DNA of 39,537 nucleotides from Octopus bimaculoides (lineage: Eukaryota), in assembly GCF_001194135.2 (NCBI RefSeq), contig NC_068981.1:181030282-181069818 (forward strand), read 5' to 3'. The notes under the pieces are model-generated. The model was not told the origin of the DNA. It searched no databases and saw only the letters and a list, made by a program, of their open reading frames with translations. Of this stretch, positions 24,925 through 34,587 are shown in pieces; positions within the stretch are counted from its first letter, which is position 1, and each line of letters begins with the position of its first letter. Position numbers and translations under genes: made by a program.

Positions 24925-25720
24925 CAACTTTATTTACTTTTTTAACTATACACAAACACACATTATATATATATGTATGTATAGCTTTTTATTGAAACTA
25001 AAACTGAGCATTTGTCTCAAGTTGAATCTCACACCATTGTGCTCTTCAGATGAGAACACAGCAGTGTGAAAGTTGAGTTATGAGACAAGCTCTCAGTTTC
25101 AGTTAAAAAAACAATCCTCTATAACGTGTAACGAGTATTCCTCTCTCGCATTTCTCCAACATAAACAAAAGTGTGTGTATGTGTGTGTATGTATGTATAT
25201 ATATATATATATATATATACGCACACAAACACCTAATTTAATTGATATAAATATGATGGCAGTAATGAGAAAACACAGTAGATACAAATGCTAAAGTTTT
25301 GCAAATGTGGATTACTGGGGCTCAGAGTTTTATAGCTGAATTCCTACCCATCCTCAACATATTTTGGTGAAATGAAATAGACTCTTTTCTTAAAATCTAG
25401 GCAGATTGATTACAATATAATGACTGTGAACAATAGTATACATTATGCAGATTGTGATGTTTATATAATAATATTTGAAGAAGCTTTAAAGGGGGTTCAC
25501 ATTTTTTTAACAATTCTGTGTTTGAGAAAATGATTGTCAGGAGATTCTCGAACACTGTATCAATGAGAAATTGAAGAGAGAGTGAATATAATCCACTTGG
25601 AAATGCCTGTAATTTTAGAACAGGCATCAGTTTTTTAAATTTCCCACATAAAAGGAAAATGGGAAACATATAAAAAAAAAAATAAATGTAAAATAGAAAG
25701 GTTTTATTGTGGTAGCAATC

Positions 25721-25760
<40 letters not shown>

Positions 25761-26292
25761 CAATGCAGGAGATGAAAAATTATTAAAAAGAAATTGTTTT
25801 TTTTTTTTCAAAACTTGTAACAAATATATATCAAATGAGCAAATATCAGGCAAATAAAGAGTGAGTCTGAACAAAGCCAAGTGATAGGTAATTAATTCTG
25901 TGTGCATCTTTGCTGTAGTAATGGTGCTAATTATGCAAATGAGACCAGAGAAAAGTGAAGATTTAAAAAAAGAAAAAGAATAATCAAATTCATTCAGAAT
26001 AAATGTAAACAACAGAGTAATTTTTATGACCATAACAGTTATAGACTTTAGTTAATAACCACATTTCTAAAACTAACAAACATACCAAACAACATCAACA
26101 AAGCTAACAATGAAAACCCAGTAGCAACAACAATAAAATAATAAACCAAACAACAACAACAAGAGAGTAACAACACAACAAACTTGTACGGCGTACACCC
26201 ACCCTTCCATTGTGTGTTTATATAAAAACACGTAAATTACTCAAGAAGTAAAAAAGGCTTTTTTAATAATAAGTAACTGTAAGTATATATAC

Positions 26293-26417
26293 CAGGAGAC
26301 AATGGTCGGGATGTGGTTGGTGAAGCATACGGTATTGGACTGGACACTGTTCGTGGACGGACATTATGACCTTGACTACTCGACATGTCATGTTGCTTTG
26401 TCATTTCATTGAAATGT
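26293..26417 (-). CDS. CCDC6: CCDC6 exon (exon 7 equivalent): (R)HFNEMTKQHDMSSSQGHNVRPRTVSSPIPYASPTTSRPLSP
   Basis: Contains the conserved FNEM and RPRTVSSPIPY..SRP.SP motifs of human CCDC6. TAG acceptor at 26418-26420, donor GTATAT from 26292; 125 bp, phase 2 to 1. Confidence 0.93.
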
Positions 26418-26626
26418 CTAAAATATATGAAAACAATCAAACATTAAAAGCATTTCCATCTTACACAGCAAGGCAGCCAGGTATAATGGTGAATAAACAA
26501 AATTTTAAAACAAAACAATTAGCAGGCAGGGTTTCTTCTGTTGAGGTTCAGCACTTGTCAGACATCTGTTGATATTTAGCATATAGTCAGCCCTGATCAA
26601 GCAATTCTTACGATTAAAGCTATTCA

Positions 26627-27001
26627 ACATTATTTACATTTGACGGATATTTGTTCGCATCTTGTTTGTTGTTAACACAGCATTTTGGCTGATGTACTCT
26701 CCAGCATTCTTCAAGTGTCCTGGGGGAAATTTGAACCTGAGCATATGGCATAGTGGTTAAGAGCACGGGCTACTAACCCCAAGATTCCGAGTTTGATTCC
26801 AGGCAGTGACCTGAATAATGATAACAACAACATTGGAAAAATACCTTAGGAATGAGAACCCAAGTTTGAAATTCCCCAAGACACCTGATGAAGGCTGGAG
26901 AGTACATCAGCTGAAACGTATTAACAACAAACAAGATGGGGACAAATATCCATCAAATGTAAATAATGTACATAATTCCTCATCTCTCAAATACTGAACT
27001 G
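26627..27001. mobile_element. Fold-back tRNA-like/hammerhead element, copy 1 (left arm partly deleted)
   Basis: Right arm 26741-27001 (tRNA-like head, AAT/AAC linker, hammerhead motif, tail ending gaactg-TA) is inverse-homologous to left arm 26627-26738. Same family as 33281-33805. Confidence 0.85.
26881..26920 (+). ncRNA. Degenerate minimal hammerhead motif (stem I partner deleted)
   Basis: acac CTGATGA A GGCTG..CAGCT GAAAC GTA. The gtgtt that forms stem I in the 33.7-kb copy is missing. Confidence 0.45.
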
Positions 27002-27444
27002 TATTAAAGTTATTCAAGCCATGATTATAATTATCCCATTTTTTAAATATTGTTTTGTAATGCAGGACTATGCTGTCCAACAAGTCTCTTTTTAAGATGA
27101 AGGATAGGATGGTGTGATTCAAGGGAGATTTTTTACAGCTGTTTCTAGTAGGTTCAGCCATCCTATTGAAACTACCATGAAGAAACATATGGTGACTCAG
27201 TAAAAAATAAAAATCAATTTTCTCTTTAAAAAAAAAAAAAGGCAAAAAACTTTTAAAGTACTAAAGGGTTCCCAAGACCAATGCTTAAGTTGAGTCCCAA
27301 AGGAGTGAGGGGAGAGATGACTAAGTTAAAAGTTCCTGTCTTGAAATAAACATTCCCAGACCTAGACCCTTGTGGCAGCTGCTACTGTTATGACTGCTAC
27401 TACTTCTTAACTAGAGGCACACAAAGCAGTGTTGACTGAAATAT

Positions 27445-27645
27445 GTGTACTGGTGCCAATGCCACATAAAAAGCACTTATACTGGTGCCATGTACAAAGC
27501 ACCCAGTTACACTGTAAAATAGTTGGCAATAGAAAGGCCATCCAGCTATAGAAACCATGCCAAAACAGGCAATTGGAACCAGGCCAGCTCCTGTCAAACC
27601 ATCCAACCAATGCAAGCATGGATAACAGACATTAAATGATGATGT
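27445..27645 (+). mobile_element. Retroelement 3' tail fragment (same family as 15665-16195)
   Basis: gttggcaatagaaaggccatccagctatagaaacc...cattaaatgatgatg. Confidence 0.65.
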
Positions 27646-27977
27646 GTACCTTTATATTTAACATGTTCGTGTACACTCAAACATGGAAAGACTTTTGCTG
27701 GGGAAATTCTCAGGAGAGAAATTCTTATAGACAATGCATGGGGAAAATGCATCACTGAGTTATGAATGACATCATCAAACATTAAGAACATATGATTCTA
27801 CATTGTTACACAAATTTACTATTTGTTGTCTAATAAAAGAGTGGTTCATAGTGGGGCAGAATTACTGGGACCCATTTTAATGACAATTGAACTAGCCACA
27901 AAAATACAAAGTTCAACTCTACAGTCCCAGACATCACCAACACAAGATAGCCATCTTTGTCTGCTGACATACATTTT

Positions 27978-27979
<2 letters not shown>

Positions 27980-28030
<51 letters not shown>
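27980..28030. repeat. (CA)n microsatellite ~40 nt into the intron after exon 6 ((UG)n on the pre-mRNA)
   Basis: Direct inspection. Confidence 0.95.
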
Positions 28031-28032
<2 letters not shown>

Positions 28033-28069
28033 GACTCGTTTGATAAGTCAGAGAAACAAGATGTTCTAC

Positions 28070-28226
28070 CTTTCATCATCCATTTCAAGACTGGATTCAC
28101 TTTCTGAAAGATGCCTACATAGGCTCTCTCGCCGCTCCATCTCCATCTGAAGTTTGCGTTGTAACCGCAAATTCTCTTCCCTGATTTGTCTTTCTTCTTG
28201 TGCATATTGAGCCATTTTCTCTTCAT
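28070..28226 (-). CDS. CCDC6: CCDC6 exon (exon 6 equivalent): (H)[51 protein letters not shown](R)
   Basis: Near-identical to human [55 protein letters not shown] acceptor at 28227-28229, donor GTAGAA from 28069; 157 bp, phase 1 to 2. Confidence 0.95.
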
Positions 28227-28562
28227 CTTCATAACAGAAATATAATACAATATGAAACAAAGAAAGAGAAAACATGAAAGAAAGCAATACAAATTTCACA
28301 ATAATCATTTTAAACAAGTATTTCACTGAAACTGATAATGTGATATTACGAAAATAACCTTTTTAAAGCCATTATAAAATAAGACAATGGTGATCCTTGC
28401 CACCAGCATCTTTGAGACTACTTTTCAATGCTGGCATATATATATATATAGATATATATATATATATATTGGGGGTATTTTCATATATTTCAATCCTACA
28501 GCATCTCTGGTATTGCTATTATTTGGTCCCAGGTCATTTGTAACCCATGCCCTAGCAATATA

Positions 28563-28768
28563 TGATGGAGTGCTGAAACGTTCCTGGCTTTAAGGGCATC
28601 ATGGTTGGAGGCCCAATCTTCTGAGTTCTTTTACAGAGCTGAGAAAAACTGAAGGATCATTGCAATAAGAGTATGGATCTGAGAGGGGAATGGGTTGTAT
28701 AAAATCATAATTAACTGATCCTCTTGCATTTTCTTTTACCCAAAGCCATGAACTTTTCAGCACCCCCG
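28563..28768 (+). mobile_element. Internally deleted mariner element (MITE-sized)
   Basis: TA flanks at 28561-62 and 28769-70. Inverted repeats gtgctgaaacgttcctggcttt / aaagccatgaacttttcagcac. Internal KLKDHCNKSMDLRGEWVV* (28646-28702) resembles the mariner transposase C-terminus KL..RW.KC...GEYVE*. Confidence 0.75.
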
Positions 28769-28788
28769 TATGTATGTATGTATGTATG

Positions 28789-28844
<56 letters not shown>

Positions 28845-28869
28845 CATGTTAAATAAAATGAGACAACAA

Positions 28870-29302
28870 AGCCAATGCTGTGTGGAATTTATATGGCATT
28901 TATAAAGAGAGAGTTAGTCTTACAGCTGTTTCTGGGATATTAGGGAGATCCCTTCATCAGAGACGATATGAGAGAGTTAACTAGAGGGAAATAGTAGAGT
29001 TCAATATAAGGAGTTATCTTGGAAAAGGATGGAGGTAGGAAGTGTAAAGGGAAATAAGAGAATAAAAATATATGTAGGATGTTACAGTTCCATTATCCAA
29101 GGAAAGAGCTGTGGTAGAATGGGTAGAAATGCTTCTTGTCCATGGTATGTAGATTCCAATAGGGGTTCATATATTGTTATTACAAATGGATAGTGTGGAG
29201 GTATAAATTCCATTTATTATTGAACCGAAAGTCTAACTATGGTCCTCCTATAGCACTTACATAGCCTTATCTGCCATCTTGGGTCTTCTGGATACCAATA
29301 CC

Positions 29303-29325
<23 letters not shown>
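28870..29325 (-). mobile_element. Probable Penelope-like element 3' fragment
   Basis: Carries a minimal type I hammerhead motif, typical of Penelope-like terminal repeats, and lies between (TA)n tracts. No GIY-YIG or RT peptide recognised; boundaries approximate. Confidence 0.45.
28917..28964 (-). ncRNA. Minimal type I hammerhead ribozyme motif
   Basis: gtct CTGATGA A GGGAT-ctccctaat-ATCCC A GAAAC AGCT GTA agac. Stem I gtct/agac, stem II GGGAT/ATCCC, palindromic ACAGCTGT stem III, GUA triplet. An extra A flanks each side of stem II. Confidence 0.65.
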
Positions 29326-29340
<15 letters not shown>

Positions 29341-29344
<4 letters not shown>

Positions 29345-29535
29345 GTCAGACAGAATTTATTGAGGCAGATTTTCTATGGCCAGATATTCTTCCTGTCCCC
29401 ACCACTCACCTGTTTCCAAGCAAGGTAATATTTTCCAACAGTCAGACATGCTTTTCACAGAAAACTGGAAATGAACAACCTCTCTTGTATAACAGTGATA
29501 CTCATTTACAATCACCCTGGGATGTCAAGACAAGA
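29341..29535. mobile_element. Interspersed repeat fragment, homologous to 38530-38740
   Basis: Shared ttttctatggccagat...tttccaag...aggtaatattt.cc...actggaaa...acagtgat.c.catttacaa...tcaagacaag. Confidence 0.6.
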
Positions 29536-30374
29536 ACCTATTGAATCTGTTCACAAGGATTTGGTTGGAGCAGGGCTTTAGTAGAAGTCACTTGACTAAG
29601 GTGGCTACAAAGTGGGCAGGTATATTCAGCTATAATGCTTGTAACTTAATGGCTTGGCAAAAAAGGAGGTTGATAGAATAAGTACTAAAATTTACAGTAA
29701 ATGCTGGGGGGGGGGGGTTCAATTTGATTGGCTCAACCCTTCAAACAGTGCCCCAACATGGCTGCAGTCTGAAGACTGAAATAAGAAAAACAGAATTTAA
29801 AACTGTAAAATCAATGTGATGAATAAAAACCACTAATGGCAACCTGTAATAATTTGAACAGGACAAAAGATCACCTTCAAATACTTCCAGGGACTCTGTT
29901 AAGAGAAACTTCATTTTTTAACAAGTGTATGTGTGGCCTTGTGGTTAAGAAGTTGGCTTCCCAACCACATAGATTTAGGTTCAATCCCACTGCAAGGCAC
30001 CGGGAGGATGTCTTCTACTAAAGCTCAAAGAAAACTAAGGTCCTGTGAGTGGAATTGTTAGACAAGCACAGGTAAGGTCAGTTTTGGTAAGGTTTTTACA
30101 GCTGGATGCCCTTCTAAGCACCAACCAATTTACAGTGTGGACTGGGTGCTTTTAAGTGACAAGGTTGCCAAGTACTTGCAAGACAAAAACTTTTAAGAGG
30201 GAAGGAGGCATTGGAGGAGGTGATGATGAAAAGAGACAGATATAGGTGGCTTGCTGAAGCGGAAATACAAGGTTGCCCAGCCAGAGAGAGAAAGATCAGG
30301 AATGAAGACAGATACAGGTGTGCTACCACAAAGAAGATATATGGTTGCCCAACCTGAGACAAGTGCAAGAGAAG

Positions 30375-30426
<52 letters not shown>

Positions 30427-30444
30427 TTGCAAATCAAAATCAGA

Positions 30445-31166
30445 ATAATGGCTTCAAATTTGAGCCTAAGTTGATTACATCAATCCCAGTGTTCAGCTGG
30501 TACTTATTTTATTGACCCCGAAAGGATGAATGGCCAACTTGACTTCCGTGGGTTTTCAACTCAGAACATAAAGACAGACAAAATACTGCTAAGCATTTTG
30601 CCCAGCATGCAATGTATTAATTTTTCTGCTAGCTCACCAATGCTTCCTACTAAATGCACAAGGCCTGAAATTTGGGAGGAAGCTAGTTGGTTATGTTAAC
30701 CCCCAGTGCTTGACCAGTACTTATATATCAACTCCCAAAGGATGAAAGGCAAAGTCGACTTCGGAGGAATTTGAAGAAAGGAAACGTTAACTTGATGGTA
30801 TTTGAAATTAGGCGTAGCTAAATACTGCAAAGTTTTGTGTCCAATGTCCAACACCCAATCAATAATGATAGTAATGATAATAATAATAATAACAACAACA
30901 ATAATAATTGTTTTAAGGTTAGGCAGGGAGGAAGTCAGTCAATTTCATTGATTCTACTATTTGACTGGTATTGCATTTCATCAACATGAAAAGCTGAAAG
31001 ACAAAGCTGACCTCAGCAGGATTTGAATATTTCTGAGTTCAAATACTATGTAGGTCAACTTTGCATTTCATCCTTTCAAGGTCAATAAAATAAAGTACAG
31101 GTCAAGTACTGAGTCAACAATATTGACTTAATTACCTCTCCTCGAAAGTGCAGAACTTATGCCTAA

Positions 31167-31170
<4 letters not shown>
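30445..31170. mobile_element. Cluster of family C SINE fragments: three on minus (~30445, 30650, 30905), one on plus (~31035)
   Basis: Repeated aaaggatgaaaggcaaagt.gac and ttatt.ga.cc motifs on minus; actttgcatttcatcctttcaaggtcaataaaat on plus. Confidence 0.7.
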
Positions 31171-31199
<29 letters not shown>

Positions 31200-31431
31200 A
31201 TCTGACTTATTCAGCTTGTAGCTGGAAATGTCATTAATGTACCAACTTCCTGTCAACTAAGGTGGTATGTTCTTTTCAAGTCTTGGGGACTTAGCAGAGA
31301 CTCCTTACACTGCCAAGTCTTTTTCATTTCTATGCCGATCTTATCCAACCACTTCTAAAATTTCTTTTCTCACTGTAACTAGGGTACCAACAATTATTGG
31401 CACAATGTAAACCATTTTCATCAACCATACC

Positions 31432-31460
<29 letters not shown>

Positions 31461-31463
<3 letters not shown>

Positions 31464-31587
31464 GGCGATGAGCTGGAAGAATCATGAACACACTGGATGA
31501 AGTGCTTAGTGGTCGATGTAATTGACTTAATCCCTTCCTCCAAATTTGAGGCCTTGTGTTTCCAGTAGAAAGGATTATTATTATTAT
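31461..31587 (+). mobile_element. Family C SINE with internal deletion and (ATT)n tail
   Basis: aaggcgatgagctggaagaa head joined to ggtcgatgtaattgactta...ggccttgtg...agaaaggattattatt tail. Confidence 0.65.
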
Positions 31588-31948
31588 TACCTCCACCTTA
31601 GCGAAGGTATTGTTTTCAGTTGTGTTTGCTTGTTTGTTTGTTTGTCTGTGGACAAAAACCACTGGATGGATTTGGATGAAACTTTCAGGGATGTTTGGCC
31701 TCATGACCAGCACGAACTGATTAGATGTTGGGATCGATCCAGTACCGGACATGGATTCTGGATAATTTTTCCTGTTTTTTTTTTTTTGCTTAATTTTTGA
31801 GTGGTTGGGTTCATTTTTAGTATTCTCGTTTGTGAGAGCAGTCGAGTTTATTTCAGATATTCTCATTTTAAGAATCATCTCCGGCTAATCATTGAGAGGA
31901 CGTTAGTGTTGCCTTGGCAGAGGTTTGCACTCTCTGAGTGCTCTTGTT
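31588..31948 (+). mobile_element. Helentron-associated non-autonomous element (HINE/DINE-1-like)
   Basis: 5' tacctccacc, then a (GTTT)n/GTCT tract; 3' subterminal ccttggcagaggt followed by the hairpin gcactc-tct-gagtgc (31927-31941); T-rich insertion site. This is the DINE-1/HINE layout. Confidence 0.75.
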
Positions 31949-31950
31949 AC

Positions 31951-31981
<31 letters not shown>

Positions 31982-31985
31982 GGTG

Positions 31986-32165
31986 GTGGTGAGCTGGCTA
32001 ATTTGCTACCATGTTGGACTACATTGAGTTCAAATTCCGCTAAGATTGATTTTGCCTTCTATCCTTTTGGATTTGAGAGAATAAGTACCAGTTAAGTACT
32101 GTGGTCGATATAACTGACATCCTCCCACAATATTTCAGGCCTTGTGCCTATAGTAGAAAGGAATA
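31986..32165 (+). mobile_element. Family C SINE, ~65 bp into the intron after exon 5
   Basis: ggtgagctggc..gagttcaaattcc..ttttgccttctatcctttt..aataagtaccagt..ggccttgtgcctatagtagaaagg. Confidence 0.7.
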
Positions 32166-32230
32166 TTACTAACAACAACAACAATAACAACAATATTAAT
32201 CACAGGCAAGAGGTAAGAAATGATACGTAC

Positions 32231-32388
32231 GTTCTGTTTGAGCTGCTTGTAATTGCTGCTTCAAGCGAGATACCTCAGCTCGGAGGTGTTCTATGTGCTG
32301 GGCAAGGTTCTGTGCAGTGTCTCCATTATTCATATCACGTGGGGAAGGAGGAGAGGACACAGGCTGATCAAGTTTCGCTTGTAACATT
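32231..32388 (-). CDS. CCDC6: CCDC6 exon (exon 5 equivalent): (R)MLQAKLDQPVSSPPSPRDMNNGDTAQNLAQHIEHLRAEVSRLKQQLQAAQTE(H)
   Basis: Matches human ILQEKLDQPVSAPPSPRD...LKKQLRAAQLQH. Acceptor tttcag at 32389-32394, donor GTACGT from 32230; 158 bp, phase 2 to 1, compatible with both neighbours. Confidence 0.95.
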
Positions 32389-33359
32389 CTGAAATAGTAA
32401 TATTGTAAAACTGTTTAAGCTGTTAGAATTGGGGAAGTTCAAAATAAATAGATATCAAGATATGTATGCTTAAGAATGAAGTGTTGGCTCAGTATAGAGC
32501 AGTGATAAGAAAAAGAGATGACAAAGGAATAAATGATTATCTTATGCACTTCATTAGCTTACAACTGTTTCTGCTATAAGATGCAGTGGACTCATAGTTG
32601 AGTGCCTGAATAACTTGACATCTCTCTTTCTTATTATTGCTCTATACTCAGCCAACACTTTGTTCTGAAATAAATGTATATTGAGTTCTACATCAGGTTA
32701 ATGGTCTCACAATGCCCAAGTGAAATATTAAATAAATATCTTTCACAACAACTTACTTGAATAACAGTATTTATTAATAATGATAATGAATTCCCACAGA
32801 GACACAAAAGCCATGTATTACTGAAGAGGGATTAAGCTGATTGAAGTGGCCCATGTAAGTGACTGTGATTATTTTAAGAACCTTCAACAAGGATGAAAAT
32901 CAAAGTCAATCTTGGCGAGATTTTAACTAAGTATATAAACTACAAATACTTGTCAGGTAGTCAATTCCAAAATATTGGCTTTGTGTTTTAAAAAGTTTAA
33001 AAAGGGTTAAGACCCACTTTGGTCATGAATGACCATGGGATTGCACCTAGAAAGTTCCCCTCCAAGGCACAAGTCTGGGAAAGGTTGTTTAGGAAGACCA
33101 GCAGTTGTCCATGAGAGAGGGGGTGTGTGTATATATATGTGCGCATGCATTTTAGTTTTTGTGAATGCCTCACCACTGCTTAACAACCAGCGCTGGTTTA
33201 TGTTCCTGTAATAGCAGTTCAAGCAAGGAGACTGATAAAATAAGTACCAGATTTTTAAAAAAAGTACTGGAGTCAATTTACAGTTCTATATTTAAGAGAT
33301 AAGGAATTATGTACATTATTTATATTAGACGGATATTTGTCCTCATCTTGTTTGTTGTT

Positions 33360-33405
33360 AACACAACGTTTCAGCTGATATACCCTTCAGCCTTCTTCAG
33401 ATGTC
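33360..33405 (-). ncRNA. Minimal type I hammerhead motif (sense to CCDC6)
   Basis: gacat CTGAAGA A GGCTG-aagggtatat-CAGCT GAAAC GTT gtgtt. Intact CUGANGA/GAAA core; stem III reduced to the palindrome ACGT. Confidence 0.65.
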
Positions 33406-33704
33406 TTGGGGAAATTTCGGATCTAGGTTCTCATTCCTAAGATATTTTTCAATTATTCAGGTCACTGCTTGGAATCGAACTCGGAATCTTGGTGTTAGTA
33501 GCCCGCACTCTTAACCACTACGCATATAACCGTGGGCATATGGCATAGTGGTTAAGAGCACAGGCTACTAACCCCAAGATTCCGAGTTTGATTCCAGGCA
33601 GTGACCTGAATAATATTAATATTATTAATAATAATAATGATAATAATAACAACAACATCGAAGAATACCTTAGGAATGAGAACCCAGGTTCAAAATTTCC
33701 CCAA

Positions 33705-33750
33705 GACACCTGAAGAAGGCTGGAGGGTATATCAGCTGAAACGTTGTGTT
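33705..33750 (+). ncRNA. Minimal type I hammerhead motif
   Basis: gacac CTGAAGA A GGCTG-gagggtatat-CAGCT GAAAC GTT gtgtt. Stem I gacac/gtgtt, stem II 33718-22/33733-37; predicted cut after 33745. Confidence 0.7.
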
Positions 33751-34587
33751 AACAACAAACAAGATGAGGACAAATATCCGTCGAATGTAAATAAATGTAA
33801 ATAATGGGGTCAATTTCTTTGACTAAACACCTCAGCATGACCATAGACCAATGACTAAAACAAGATAGAAAAATACTGTAATGGTGAAACCGCAGTCCAT
33901 GAGTGGAGGGATTATAGGTAAAATATTACTACTCCAATAACTTTGAAACTACTAAACATGATGTAAAAACACACCACCTCTGAGCAGTGACTGTAGAATC
34001 ACTTTGCAATCCAGCTGTAATCCATTAGTCTAAAAGGAACACTGCTGAAGACATTGCTTTCAATTAGTGTGTGACAGACAAAAATCAGTCAACCAGATCC
34101 CAGCTGTTCAAATTATAGAGTGAAGCTGAGCTCTTAAGCTAGGAGCCATTATAAGCAGCTTCACCCTTTGAATTCCAAACTGCCTTTAGTTCTATGATAC
34201 AAAATTTTGTGCTTTAAAGAATTCATTAAAACCTCATGTCATAACTATGTATGAATATCAATTTAATAATAAAAATAATAATTGTTTGAAATTTTGGCAC
34301 AATACTAACAATTTTGAAAGGAGGTGAAGTCAATTGCATTGCTCTCAGCACTCAACTGGCACTTTATTTTACTGATCCCTAAAAGGATGAACAGCCCTTG
34401 GTGGCATTTGAACTTGGAACATAAATGGTTGGCAGAAAGGCCACTGGGCATTTTCTCTCGTGTGATAATGATTTAGCCAGCTTCCCACCTTAAGATCAAT
34501 AATAAACACTCCTCCCAAAATCTTGATTATTTTCAAGATTAACTGAAACAGAGGCAGTATATTTCTTTCAGTCACAAAAATGTTTAA

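Larger units (their letters stand above)
33281..33805. mobile_element. Fold-back element, copy 2: two head-to-head arms, each with a tRNA-like Pol III head and a hammerhead motif
   Basis: 33281-33529 is inverse-homologous to 33538-33805 along its length. A-box TGGCATAGTGG at 33541-51; B-boxes GAGTTTGATTCC at 33584-95 and, on minus, GAGTTCGATTCC at 33482-71. The left end is TA-CAGTTC. Confidence 0.9.

Noticed and set aside
33538-33605. tRNA-like sequence with an ACT anticodon-like loop (also 26745-26810 and the SINE heads at 1.7, 2.0 and 21.0 kb) as functional tRNA genes
   Set aside because: Acceptor and anticodon stems pair poorly, and the sequences are embedded in multi-copy repeats; treated as SINE-type Pol III heads.
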